Below, piece after piece: positions 14,301 to 28,800 of a stretch of 64,000 nucleotides of DNA. The notes beneath the pieces are model-generated. The model did not search any database, had not been told where the DNA came from, and saw nothing but the letters and a program-made list of their open reading frames with translations. How positions within the stretch are numbered: position 1 is the stretch's first letter; every line of letters begins with the position of its first letter. The DNA is from Bispira polyomma. Lineage: Eukaryota. Location: the NCBI GenBank assembly GCA_965649765.1, contig OZ287749.1:5766001-5830000 (forward strand), written 5' to 3'. The position numbers and the translations under genes were made by a program.

Positions 14301-17300
14301 GGACGATATTGTGACCCAACCGGTATTATGAATGCCCATGTATATATTAAAGGTTTGCCATTTATATGTATATCTGCTATAACATAAAAATTACTTTTTA
14401 AAACTTTAAAGTTATTGGTGATGACATGGCCACCGGGTGCCATTTCAAAATGCCACCGGTGTTTAAATATCCCTCTACTGACCTGTCTAAACTTGTGCTC
14501 ACAAACCTTGTGTAATTCCACTACTCCTTCCACAATATCCAGTAATTCACAGGAGCCGCCATCGTGATAATCGTAGTTAAACCCCTGGCACTTAGATGGT
14601 GGGTAAGCCAGGCAAATCTGGGCACACACTTCAGGTTCATCGTGGCTCTCGTGGAAAAATGGTTGCCATGCTAGCTTGCCTTCCTTGGGAGCTAAAAAAA
14701 GTTTTAAATGTAAATGTGTAGGTTCGTACTGTAGGTTTATCATCGGAGTTTACAGTTTACACCTCAGCCCAGGTTCTTCCACTTGTCAACTGTTGTTCAC
14801 TCTCAGCTCCCTTTACTGCAAGCCAAGAGACATAGCTTCTGGAAGGAGTACCAAATACTGTTAGCTACTAGTCAACAATATGGGGTCACAGTGTAATCTA
14901 CCACTAAAACGTAGATCACTCACACTTAATAACAAAAATAAATCACCGTAAAACATACCAGACGAATTTCATAGAAACAATCTGTGGAATCTAGATCAGT
15001 ATATCAATGGATTCGATTGTGATATGGACTGAATTGTGATCCGGTTCAGTGATCTGTTAATCTTCTTCAAGAGGCAGTTCAGCGGATTCAGATTAAATGG
15101 ATTACCCACAATTCATTGAAAAAATGGAGGGAAAGTCACAGAAAATTACTATTAAACTTAACTATACTAAATATACACTCAGAACAGCAAATCATCTTGA
15201 ATATTATCAAATTAAATTGAGGAGTACTCTATTGTAAATGAGTAATAGTACAATCTATATCATTGGTAGCCTTTTTGAATCTAAAAACAACTTTTTGCAT
15301 TTTACCAATCCAGCAAATCTAACTGATCCAGATCGTAGTCTAAATTGCACAGATTCAACAGATCCTTGTCTTGTAAAATGTGACAGATGCCTATGAGGCC
15401 ATTATGTATCATACACAGTACTGTTATAGTGGCAAAACCAAGTTATTGATTTTACTGTTAAAATGATCTATATATAGTAATAAACACATGTGTATGAAGT
15501 GAAGTAGACACCTTTAATGCAATGGTATATCAGTTGATGATGTTTTTAAATTAGTGATCTTCAGTCAGTAGTTTTTTGGGTCGTAAGCTTCAAACATCCA
15601 TGAAAAAATTAACATGAACTGTCTGTACAAATAAATACTGGTCTTACAAAATGAGGACACTATTAGCAACTGAGCACTGTAAGGATCACCCCTGTGACGC
15701 ATACACAGAATGTACTTCCGAAGTGTTTTATAGTTAACTTTTTGAATATAAGATGGCACTTCAATCAGATTATTAATGGGTGTTGTTAAATCGGTGACAA
15801 AAACCTTCTCAAGTTGAATATGAAGTGACCAAAGTTACTTTCACTACCTTACCAAGGATATTGTTAAAATACTACTTAAAATGGTGATATGTGACAAAAA
15901 AATAGCTTCACTTAAGTCAGGTTTTTTTCACTCAATCTTCTTCCTTTACATAATTTAAAGGTATAAATTAGTTTTAAAGAATCACTTTTGGCCTAAAGGG
16001 TAACCGACTCACTTACAGAGGACCTAGGTTTGATCTCAGCTTGGGGCATCCAGGTACTGTCAGATACAAAGTAGCTCAGATAACCACTCGAAATGGCATT
16101 GAATCCTCTCCTAGTGGCAGGCTAAAGAACCTTGGGGACATTGATAAAGGGTTTGATCCTCAAGCTTCTGTCTTCAATTAGGGGAATGACAGTGTTAGAT
16201 GGCCATCTCAAAACCGGGGGCCGATTTAAAACAGCACACCATGACAGGTGACTGTATTCCTTAGCAAATCTTGTACACAAACCATACCTACTAGATGTTT
16301 TTAACTGTTACTTACATATATATTCCATGTGTTTAGCTGAGTTGTTGGTTGTTCCTCCAGTTGAAATTTGACAGTGGGTGGCAAAATACATTGACAATGC
16401 TATCCTAAATCAAATTTAGCAGAATTGGAAACTATGCCATCCCAAAAACAAAATTAGCAGAATTATAAACTAAAGTAGAAACTTAAAATGATACACAAGT
16501 TAGATCCAGTTCTGTCTGTTAAAATACTTATAAAGACAATTATATAAGACTATAAAGTATATTTTCCAACAAATTTTCAATAATATTATTTTTCTATACT
16601 GGTGCAAGATGGCTGCACTTGTGTAGTCAAGAAAATACAAAAAGAGTGCTTTGAATCCCTAGAAAGCAGGGGTATTTGAAGACTTAAATACAGCAGAACC
16701 TCTATTATCTGAACATGGTTGGAGAGCAGGGGTTTGTATATTAGAAGGTCTTTCAAATATAGATCAGGCCTTTTAGTCTAAAACAACAGGAAAATATCAA
16801 TTTGGCAGAAGTGGAAATGTGTTCGTAAAATGGAAAACTTGCAAAACAGAAGTGTTGTTTTTTATATTATAGAGGTTCTACTGTACGAATTACTGAACAA
16901 AACGTTTATTTTTTATATTATAGAGGTTCTACTGTACGAATTACTGAACAAAACGTTTATTTTTTATATTATAGAGGTTCTATTGTACGAATTACTGAAC
17001 AAAACGTTTATTTTTTATATTATAGAGGTTCTACTGTACGAATTACTGAACAAAACGTTTATTTTTTATATTATAGAGGTTCTACTGTACGAATTACTGG
17101 ACAAAACGTTTATTTTTTATATTATAGAGGTTGAACAAAACATTTACTCACTGTGAAATCTAGTGAGGGGGTCATTTCCAAAATACGTAGAATCATCATC
17201 GTGCTGTGGTGTAAACTCCAACCAATTAATGATCTGGAATCCGTAGATTTCTTCACCATAACCGAGGCTGACCTAAATTATTTAGGACAAATTGTTTGAT

Positions 17301-19804
17301 CAATAGAGGGAAAACAAAACATACTTCAGTACCCAGTGGCAAAAATAAAACATACTTCAGTACCCAGTGTATTAGGAAAAACAAAATATACTTCAGTACC
17401 CAGTGTATTAGGTAAAAAAAACATACTTCAGTACCCAGTGTATTAGGAAAAAATAAAACATACTTCAGTACCCAGTGTATTAGGAAAAAACAATGTAATT
17501 TTGTGTTTTTTAACGTAATGAAAATGAATTTGAAATGAATTTTGCATATTGAATGTATAAGAGGTAAATGAAGCAAATAAAACATATTTAAAACGTGGCA
17601 AACAAGATTAAAATGTGTGAGGTAATCATATAGAATGTAATTTAAAAATATTTGGCCAAAGTCACAAATGCAGTCATAAATTCACATGCTGTAGGTCTCA
17701 ATATGTGTGAAGAACGTGATAGAAAAGTTCATGTTTTCAAAATTTTCATTTTGTTTACTTACATCTTATCAAAGAAAAAATGAAATGAACGTAAACCCAA
17801 ACATACTTAGTGTGACTGCCCCATTATGTAGGTCTAAGTGAATGGAACAGCTTTCCTACAGATATCTGTAATCAGGCAAGCCTAAGTGCATTCAGGAGAA
17901 ACCTTAAGTCATACCTTTTTAGACCACACACTTTCCTTACAAACCCCATTATGTACCAGGACTATATGCTATCTAATAAAACCATGAAGGATGCCTGGAG
18001 ATCACTTTGGTGATGCAGACATGACTGATTTCATTACCTGAGTTTGTGTGATATCGGAATCTTCTGTCATGAGTATTGATGCCTGCACTTCCCCTGGGTG
18101 ACTGCTGGTCTTATAGGCTGGAATCACACGGCCAGTGGGTAGGGTCATGTCATAAGTGTACAGCTCACAAGTGGAATGCGTGGCCATACCAGCATTGTTC
18201 CTCGCAGTTATTTTAAAGTACAGCCTCTGGCCTGTGTGCATAGTCTGTCAAATAGACAATATAAAACGTCAGGGGCAGTAATTTTTCTGTGTCCAAACAA
18301 ACAAATGAACCAATGGACAATTGGCCAAAAACCTTGGTTCAATAACTGATTTTTAAATTATAAAACATACACTATAAATTCCGTAGTAAACACTCCTGGG
18401 ACTTTGTGTTTTTTTAAATAGGGAAAGTCTCATAATTAAGAAAACAATGTGGCTATGTGGGGGGTGTTAAATAATGTAGTAATATGTATAAACTATCTAG
18501 ATGGATGAGCATAGGTCATAGAAGCATAGAATTTAACAGGCTGATATGTATTATTATACAATTATTGTACGTATATGTCACTACTTTAACATTGCCAACA
18601 CACTGCCTGAAGGAGAGATTAAACAGGCTGATATACATTATCATACACTTATTGTATATACATTTTTATTACTAATTTAACATTGCCAACACACTGCCTA
18701 AAAAGAGAGATTTAACAGGCTGATATACATTATCATACACTTATTGTATATATATATATATATGTCACTACTTTAACATTGCCAACACACTGCCTAAAAA
18801 GAGAGATTTATCGATTTTTCCAACTATATTTTAGTGTCGTACTTGCTGAAATATTGACATTTAGTGATCTAAATATCTCTTAAGAGGGCAGACAGGGGGG
18901 GCTATAATTAGAGAGAAGGCCTGTATTACAGAAAATACGGTATATCTGCTCACCTCAGTAACAATGGTAGTCCCACTTAATTCACGATCTCTAATGATGT
19001 CACAGCCCCCCTTAAATGTCCCCACACAGTAGGTCATGCTGACTGGACTCCGGTCATCCTCAACAGCTACATTTAACATCACATGAGTGTTATATTATGT
19101 GAACATAATTTAGTGGAATATTGTGGTTTACATTGTTACGTAATGCTATCCCTAATTCTATTGATAATTGATTTATAAATTACCAACAGAAGGTGAAATT
19201 AAGACAATGAGAGCAAAACTGAGTATAGAACTGAAGGTACATGTATATTAATTAACTGTTTTCCACACTATTTTATACAAGTAATTGAAAATAAATGAGA
19301 AATGAATTTGGTGTAAAAAGCCTGTACAGATAGCCTTTCGGCAACACTTTTCACCAAATTTTACCCATGACCGAATTCAGCGAAAATCAATTGGGTGGCA
19401 CCCACAAGATGTCACATGTTGCTGCACCTGCCACTGCCCAAACAGCCTGGACGACAATAACCCTAGCCAGCCTTTTATAGGCCAGGGTTAAAAATTCCTT
19501 CATACAAGCAGCCCGTTAGATATCCTTTATACTGTGCCTATGCGTCGTTTTGGACCATTTTTTGGTGCTCTATAATGCCGTTTGGAAGCCGTCAGAATTT
19601 ATGCATTCAGAAACTTCCTTTGAAATAAACTTTTGGGACTTTGTGGCTTTGTGAATGTTTCAGCCTGCCTGATGAAGGTTGAAAAAAGTCCAATGAAGTA
19701 CACATTCAGCACTTATATAGTGATTTTCAGTAGGCACTTTATAGGATATAATGTGAACAAGATAATAATTCTACGCTCTGGCATTTTGATAACCCCCCCC
19801 CCCT

Positions 19805-19847
<43 letters not shown>

Positions 19848-22800
19848 CCCCCCCCCCCCCCGGCTCATTCCTTCCTTCACTGTACTAAAAACACTTACCA
19901 AGTTAAATGACATAGGCAGGCTCTGTATAATCCCTCCCCACCACATGATACACTACACACAAACACACTTACAGAGTTCAATGACATAGGCAGGCTTTGT
20001 ATAATCCCTTCCGACATCCTGATACACTGCACTCACCCACTTTCCCAGTTCAATGACATAGGCAGGCTCTGTATAATCCCTTGGGGCCGCGGTGGCCTAA
20101 TGGTTAGCAAGCATTGCACTTCACAATCACTGTCTCTCACCTCTGGGCGGCGTGAGTTTGACTCCCGTCGATGCCTATGTGGGAAATATGGTAATTCCTT
20201 ACTGCGATCCGATGGTTTCAGTGCAGAACCTTGATCAACTGTATGCAGTGTTTCCTCCAGCGTTTCCAACTACCCGTCCCAATATAACCTAAACAGGTAC
20301 TAGAGTGGACGTTAAATATCACAATTCAAATTATAATCCCTTCCCAGAACCTGGTACACCACACACTCACCCACACTTACCCAGATCAATGACATAAGCA
20401 GGCTTTGTATGATCCCTTCCCAGAACCTGGTACACCACAAACACACACCCACACACTACCACACTTATCCAGTTCAATGACATAAGCAGACTCTGTATAA
20501 TCCTTTCGCACAACCTGGTATACTACACACACACACACTTACCCAGTTCAATGACATAGGCAGGCTCTGTACAATCCCTTCCCACAACCTGATACACCAC
20601 ACACACACCCACACACACACACTTACCCAGTTCAATGACATAAGCAGGCTCTGTATAATCCCTTCCCACAACCTGATACACCACACATCTGGGTGTTTCT
20701 CCCACTGCCTGCCGCTTTCTACGACTCCTTTCTTCAACTTCTTCACAGTTAGTGCAGTTCTGTAGAAATTGACACAGTTGTATTACACAAAACAAGGTCT
20801 TACTAATTAACATACACCCATTTCCTGAATGAAAAAAGGAGCCTCTATTATGTAAACTGTTACATGTTATCCAAATATTCCATTTTTATCAACACTTTTC
20901 CACATTACAACATTGATATCAATAAACTATTCCACCATTTATCACCCATGTGGTATTAATTTACCAGCCGCCTTTAAGCCCCATTTACACAAGTTATGAG
21001 CAGTTCACTCCTGTTCACGCCTCAGTATGGCCCCAGAATTGCCGTTTTCTCAAGTTCTCTCAAGATGTGATTTCAGAGCTGTCTTCCCACAGAAGTTTTG
21101 AACATGTTCAAAATTTCCGGCTGTAGCTGCCGTTCCTGCCATTCACCCCAGTTCTACCCCTGTTTATGACCAATTCTCAAGACGTTTGTTCAAGTTCTCA
21201 CACATTGGGAGAACAAGGACATAGAACGTGGACAGTGTGAACGCTACTTCAGCAAGTCTACAGCCACCATTCTCAAATAAATGTTGTGGCTGAGATTCAA
21301 ACCGACACCTGTAGAGCTAGGAGCAGAGTGTTGTGCACTATTTCCAGGAAACTTGTGACACTACACGGCTTCTCCACCCTGTTTATTTCTTTCACTTCAA
21401 ATGTGTATACAAGACTATTTTTAACATCTGCACCAAAGTTCCACTAGAATTTGGAATTTTGATGTAGAAGCTTTACACTAGAGTAGCACACACATCCTAT
21501 CATTGCATGGCTGCCAATTTTTCCAATAACAGAGATAATTTGGGGGAAATAAGGTAGGCTTTGCCTATCTGACGATGTAATCCATCCTATGCCTGGCAAT
21601 ACTAACCGCTTTAGAGTACCAGCTGAAATCAGGTGGTGTGTTGTCTGGCTCTGCGTTGTTGATGTTAAAGATGTTCTTATTGATGGTTGAGGAGGTGTAG
21701 CTCCAGATTTTGGCCCTATAGAGGGTGATTGTGATGGAGCCAAACCACCCAAGGTCAATATGCAGCTGAATCTTCACATAGAGCTCTATGCGGAGGGGAA
21801 TAAGCTGTAAATCCATCCGGGCTCTGAAAACAAATACCCAACTAAAATACAAGTAAATTAAAACCCAAGTGAAGTATACATTAAGGGTTTGAGGGTATCA
21901 CAGACTGCCGATTACAAGACGCTACACAAATATAGGAATACAACATTATATATTGATTATTCCAACTGCCTTCTACACGACAGTGCAGTGACGTGTCATT
22001 CCCTATAGCGTAGTGTCATGTAGTCGGCGGTTTATAAAGCCCTTTCGTAATGTATAAAAACAATTGTGCCTCCGATATATGTACACGTATGGCCACCTTT
22101 AATAAATGGTCCTTTAGTAACAATTTTAACTATTTTTAATGTGCCATCAATATTTTTGTGAGAAAGTGGCTGAAACTGCCACATAACGATTCCTGTATTG
22201 TGAAATCACACAATTTACGTAGAATGTCATATTTGTAAACAAATCTAAGGCAGAAGCCTTTCTGTTGTGACACAATATGGTTTATTTATCCAACACTTTT
22301 TGAATATATAACTTAAATTTATTTTTGATCTTTTATGGTATTAAGTAAAAACCACACCTAAAGTAACAAGAAATCAGATGAATGTTACTGTGTTCCCTGC
22401 TCTTAGATAAGTTGGAGAGAGAAAAAATTGTATGAACACAGAGATATATAAAACAAGCATCCAGTGGTACCATTAGTTTTTTTTTAACGAAATGGAACAG
22501 GTTTTTGCCAGGTGCAGCTAGTATACACTACATATTTTATTTCAAAGCATTTCAAAATTTAGGAGACCCGAAAAAACGTTTTTCACGAAATAATAATCTG
22601 TTTTTGTGAAGTTAGGTCAGTCTACCGTACTAGTGAAGTAGACAAAACTGTAAAAGTGTATAGAAAGGTTTTATGTTACAGTCTGGAAGTAATCAAAGAT
22701 GACGTAACTTTAAAATCATTATAATACGTTTGCTGTTAAGAGTTTAAGGCCACCATACTATAGGGTTCTTCCTGAGGTCCACATGCATATGTGTACCAAA

Positions 22801-25800
22801 TATGAATGAAATCTATCAAGTAGTTTTGGAGTTAGAGTCCAGAATGACTAAAACATGCTGTAACCTTAAAGTCGTCATGAAATTTTAACTCTTCAAAGTT
22901 TAAGGTCACCATACAATAGGGATCCTCCTCAGGTCCATATACATCTGTGTAGTAAATCTGAATGAAATCTATCACGCGGTTTTTAAGTTAGAGTCAAAAA
23001 TGACTAAAACATGCTGTAACCTTAAAGTTGTCATAAAATTTTAACTCTTAGGAATTTACGGTCACCATACAATATGGTTCCTCCTCAGGTCCATATACAT
23101 CTGTGTACGAAATATGAATGAAATCCATCTAGTGGTTTTAAAGTTAGAGTCAGAAAACGTAAGCGTGACAACGACAGACAACAACACCGACAACGGACAA
23201 AGCAATCCCTATGTATCCGCCAGAGCAGGTGACACAAAAACTTGGTATATACATATGACAGCCATTTAATTACTGTAAAATTGTCCCATATTATATAGTA
23301 AGCCTTATCTCGTCCCCCTGTCATGTACCTATCTAAAAAATTCAACAAACCTGACTTCTAGCGGGAATTTGTTAAACTCCACTTCCGCCTTGGTTGGGAA
23401 GGAAGTGGTCAGTAGGTAGCCGTTCAGCCTGAATTCTACCCTAAAGATAAAGATTTGAACAGCCAGCGACCCCCACACTCCACTGCCAATCCTGGGTGTA
23501 ATACGGGCCTGGGAGATACAAGTACAACATACAGTATTAAAAACCATCAGTCTTTTCAAGAATAAAGGAGCGAATACACATGGCCAGTTTTGGTTCCGAA
23601 TCCAACATCAAACCTTCATTTTCCATCTAAAGTTGCAAATACACTACATCCGAAAAGCAGGCCGATTTTTCTGGTAATGATTTCTTTTACTACAAGTGTT
23701 TGAATGTAAATAATATTGTGTATGTGTTTTATTTATTCACTGCCTGATTTTTTCCTTCTAACTAATAATACATATGCAGTGTTTTAGCATTGAAATCATT
23801 GTTTACTTGTTCTTGGTGATACATAAAGGTTTAGTTGGGTATTTGGTTCCAGAAACTTGGATTTAGGTAGGCAGCTACAATCATGGGGCCCAGGTTACCT
23901 ATTGAGGTCACTAATATATATATATATATACTTTATGTAGCGCTCAACTTGTATATATTATTAAGGAAGGACGTGGGGATGTATATGAGTCACTGAATAA
24001 CAGCGTTAAACATGACTTCAATGGCTGTGCACAGTTTTTAAGTTTTGGTGAGATAATTATTAACATCTTGAAAACTGGTGAGACAAAAAAAAAAGGATAT
24101 ATATTTACAGTTTGGAAGAAATGGACTTTGTAAGGCAGATGTTTTCTGCTGAAAGAAAGAATAAAGCTGGCACTGTTCTAATGCACATGTTGTGCTATAA
24201 TAATTTCCAAACAAAAACATTCAAGCCAATAAAGCATTAATATAACTTAACATTAGGTTAACCCTTTCACCAAGTCTATTGACTAGCAGCCAATGGCATT
24301 AGTTACTCCCAGAGCCTATGTCTGTCGGCACACAGTCGACACCCCAAAATTGTTATTTTATTTTCCTTTAGTTCCTCGCAAATAAGAAATTGTTAGTAGA
24401 GTTCTTTGTTTAAAATATTACACGTGAGGCTGTTGTTGAATGCTGGAAGCATTCTGTGGGGTGTGTTTTACTGACTCCAGCTACGATCTGTAAGCGATTG
24501 CTCCCCCCTATAAAATTCCTTCAGTTCCTGGTGATAGTTTTTTTTCTTGGGGTCAAAAGAGTTAAAACATGTTAAGTCCTTGGGTAATTTCTTGAAATCA
24601 AACCTGTGACATCTGTACTTACCACAGCCTTCATGGAGAGAACACATAGATTAACAGAAAAGTCTGATCCGTAGTATCCATCTATACCCATACCTGTATA
24701 AATAAAGAGATATAAACAAGTGTACAAGTTTGAAACTAGATTGTACAGGGAATTTATGCCTAGGTCTCATTTGCACTGATGGCAGTTATGAATGTACACC
24801 AAACGGCTTCGTATTGATCCGTGATTGTACGTTTCAACATTCATCTAGATTAGGAGCACTTCGGAACCCTATGTTAATATCTGTGAGCATTAGTCGAGCC
24901 TTCAAGAACGTATATGTCATTTTTTTGACAGGTCCACCACAGTTTCGTTTCGAAGATGCGTCAACTTCGAGGCACTTGGGCTGGTGGATTTTTTTGGGGG
25001 TGAGGAGGGCTATTGATGATCTATACGTGGACGAATAGTCACAAAACTGCTGCAATGTATGCTCACGGACGTAATGTCTGAATGAGACCTAGCCTTAAGC
25101 TTGGTATAGATTCTGTTGTTTTCTGCTATATTTTCAAAAATATTCTGTGGTTTTCTGGTATATATTTCAAGGTTGTTTGATTTAAATCAATTGACCTTAA
25201 TCAGTGATTTAAATAATATTTTATTTCTCATAAATTGTTTAATATTTAAACCTGTGTGGTTTATTGTTTAAATGACACTGATTTTTTTTTCAGAAGAAAT
25301 GTTCCCATTTAAATACAAAGTTTGTATCATCCAATTTCATTGATTGCCAAAACAGTAGTAGACAAACCTGTTGATTTGGTTAAAACTGAAAATATAAGCC
25401 CTGGTTCAAAGTAGTGGGATTTTTTATGGTGTTAAAAAAATATAAAACATCATCTATCAAATAAAGTTAAAATTTCAAATCAAAAGCCCGCCTCTTCCTA
25501 TAGATTAGTTTCCCTATACTTAACTCCTTCACAACCAATAAGTTGGAACAAATTTACCAAATAAAAAGCACTTTAAAAGGTTTTTAATTTAAATTTCTTT
25601 CTATTGCGTATTTACTTTATAGTTAACTGTCTAACATTGTCCCTTGGGCTTCAGGCACAGCAAATCTAGGTCTATTAAACATCACTACAGAGAAACGATT
25701 TTATCAAGTAGTAAAGTGGAATATACAACACTTTTAAATACACATTCTAATCACTACAGAAATGTTTATAGATCACCACCCAAAACAAATATAAAGAAAC

Positions 25801-28800
25801 CCGTAACAACAAATATATACATTACCCGTAAAACACCGGCTCTGCCTCCCATTCTTGCCGATCTCACCAGTTTATGCCCAGATGTTAAACTCCAGTTCAC
25901 ACAGGTCCTTCAAATTGGGAGCAACGGCCCCTACAGAACTTGAGCATGTGAATGGGGTATAAGTTAACTGTCAGTCTTTTAACATTGGATCCTATCCCTT
26001 TTGTAGCAGGCTAAAGCAGAACCTTGTGGAAATTGAAAAGTTATGAGATTCTCAAATCTGTAGTTGGAGGAATGACAGTTACCAGTACCTGTATGACTTA
26101 AGTTAATGTTTTACTTCTAAAGCACCACAAGGATGATGGCCAGGTTTCCTCTGTGGCACACATCTAAATTAGGTAACAAAAGAATAGTCCAATAGGAGAA
26201 AAAGGTTTGTGAGCAGATTTGCACTGACTATTAGGGGGAAGTCCCAACACAGTAAATATGTTTTGAGCTTTTTCCTGAAGCCTGTAATCCTTGTCTCATT
26301 GAGACTAGTCGATAGACTATTCCACTCAGCAGGTGATGCAACTTTGAATGATTTTGAACCAGCCATTTTTTTTTACTTGGGTGCAATTAAGAATTATAGT
26401 GCTTTTGATACCAGAAACAAGACTCTAACTTACTTCTCCTTTTCTCTGCTGGTGGACCTATATAAAGCCTATATCATTTTGAACCAGCCATTTTTTTCTA
26501 CTTGGGTGCAATTAAGAATTATAGTGCTTTTGATCTCAGAAACCAATCTAACTTACTTCTCCTTTTCTCTCCTGGTGGACATTTTTAAAGCCTTATCGAC
26601 AAACCTGTCGCCACACAGTCCTGTTTCTCTGCTAACATTCCTTCCCCCCCCTAGGACTTGTTCAAATCCTTCAGCTCTCTTTCTACAGTTCTCCTCTGTG
26701 TAGACTCTAAGGTCTCTACCTGGTCTCCTTTTCCCTGGTGATGGTGTCAATCTAAAGGCCATTTTGGGGAGTTCTAAAGCTTTTTATTGGTAGAACAGTT
26801 GTCCCAACCATTTAATTGTCTTCTCTTTACTTTGTCTTCAAGACAACTGCTGTTTCTCTTTTCCTTAAAAATCATTGAGACCCACTTCTTTTAACCCACT
26901 CACTTACCCTCCATAGACATCTTTCCCCAAGTTTCCAAGTCACATACACATTTAATTGTCTTCTCTTTACTTTGTCTTCAAGACAACTGCTGTTTCTCTT
27001 TTCCTTAAAAATCATTGAGACCCACTTCTTTTAACCCACTCACTTACCCTCCATAGACATCTTTCCCCAAGTTTCCAAGTCACATACACATTTGCCCCCC
27101 CCCCCCCCCCCCCCCCGCACCCTCACCCCCACCATCATTTCATTGCTCGTTCTTTGATATGATGGTTGGCCAAAATATTTTCGCAAAATTATTTATTCAT
27201 TTACAGAAACCAGAGATATATTGAATTTGAGTTTCCAAAATAAAAGATAATGTAAATGTACTTAAAGAACCTTAGTGTCTCCATTGACTTCGCTTTCTCA
27301 TTTGATACACAGATTAGCAAAATTTGTCGCTCATGTTACTATCACATTCGTGATATCAAAAGAATCAGAAATCATTTGTCCCTAGATGCTGCCATCTCTG
27401 TGGCTAACTCTTTTGTTAGGAGCCATTTAGACTACTGCAATTCCCTTTTGGAGCAAAAAGGTCTCACTTATTCAAGTTGCAGTCTTGGTACCCGTACTGA
27501 TGTCTCTTCATACTTCAAAAAATTACATTGGCTTCCCATTCACTAGCAAATCCTGTTTAAAGTGCAATTACCACTTCCAAAGCCGTTATTTCTGAACAGT
27601 CCTCTTACCTTGCTGGCCTTTCCTTCATCAACCAGAAGAAGGGAAATAGACTTTCTGTTTCCTCTGTTAGACCCACCTGGAGGGCTGGATCAAGAGCTTG
27701 CCCTACTGCCCCTATCTGATGGAATGGTCTCCCAGTAAAGCTAAGATCGCTTAACACACTATCTGGATTTAGAAAAAAGCTTAAAACGCATCTTTTTAAA
27801 CTCGCCTACCTCCACAGAGTTCCCCTCTTTTGGTTTACTGATTCTGTTGCTGCACTTTAGGCGATGCCTAGCATCAATAAGGCACGTTAAAAATCAAAAA
27901 AACAATACAATACTTACGAAATACAAGAACAACAGGCCCTGCCGGGATGACGATTGGGGGTGACCTGTAAATCACCACTTTATAGGGCCCAAACGCAAGG
28001 CTGTAGCCTTCCAAACACATGTCCTGGAGGTCAAACTCATTGCCAAATATCTGGGCTATGGCATTCTCTATCTGCTTCCTTAGCTTAAAATAAGAGAACA
28101 AGGCACTGTGATGTTGCTGTGACATCATGGAAGTGTCTATATATGACGTTCATCAATATATCAATTAAAGAAGACAGAAGGATTAAGTTAGGGTTCATCT
28201 TGGAGATGGATTAGATGGATCAGGGGGTCGTGTTGACAAAAAGGTCTTGGTCTTCACTTTATCTTCAGCTTAACATTTATATCTAAAATATTTGAGACTG
28301 CCTACTGTTAGTCTTAGTATTAAGAACAAATTTAGCTAACTAACCAAAGATCACTGTCACTGTAACTAGGACCAAAATCAGTTGATCAAGGTTCTACACT
28401 GAAACCAGCAGCCCACAGTAAGGAACTAACACCTTTCACACATAGATATCGACAGGAGGCGAACTCGGAACCATTTGATCTCCAGAGGTGAGATCAGCGA
28501 TTGTGAACCGCACTGCTTGCTAACCACTAGGCCAACGCAATATCTGGTGAACAAGGATTACCTTTTCTAACCCCTTAGAATGTAGCAGTAGAAGACCGGG
28601 TACTAGGACAATTGTAATTGTGAAGCGCAATGTTTGCTAACCAATAGGCCACCGCGGCCCCTGAAATGACTTGAAACAGAAATACACTATCATATTTATA
28701 TTGTAATATCAGTGTATATCAGTGCGTTAAACACTAGGGCTTCTGGGGTCTCCCCTTTAGTTTAACTGTTATGCGTGCTTGACTATTACATCTCAAGCTC

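Noticed and set aside
16830-17156. 108-aa repetitive ORF
   Set aside because: Read-through of the 51-bp array on the antisense strand.
26557-26773. Possible extra exon (ORF 26553-26762 with AG and GTAAGT)
   Set aside because: Would enter in phase 1 and leave in phase 2, breaking the frame; exons 30 and 31 join directly.
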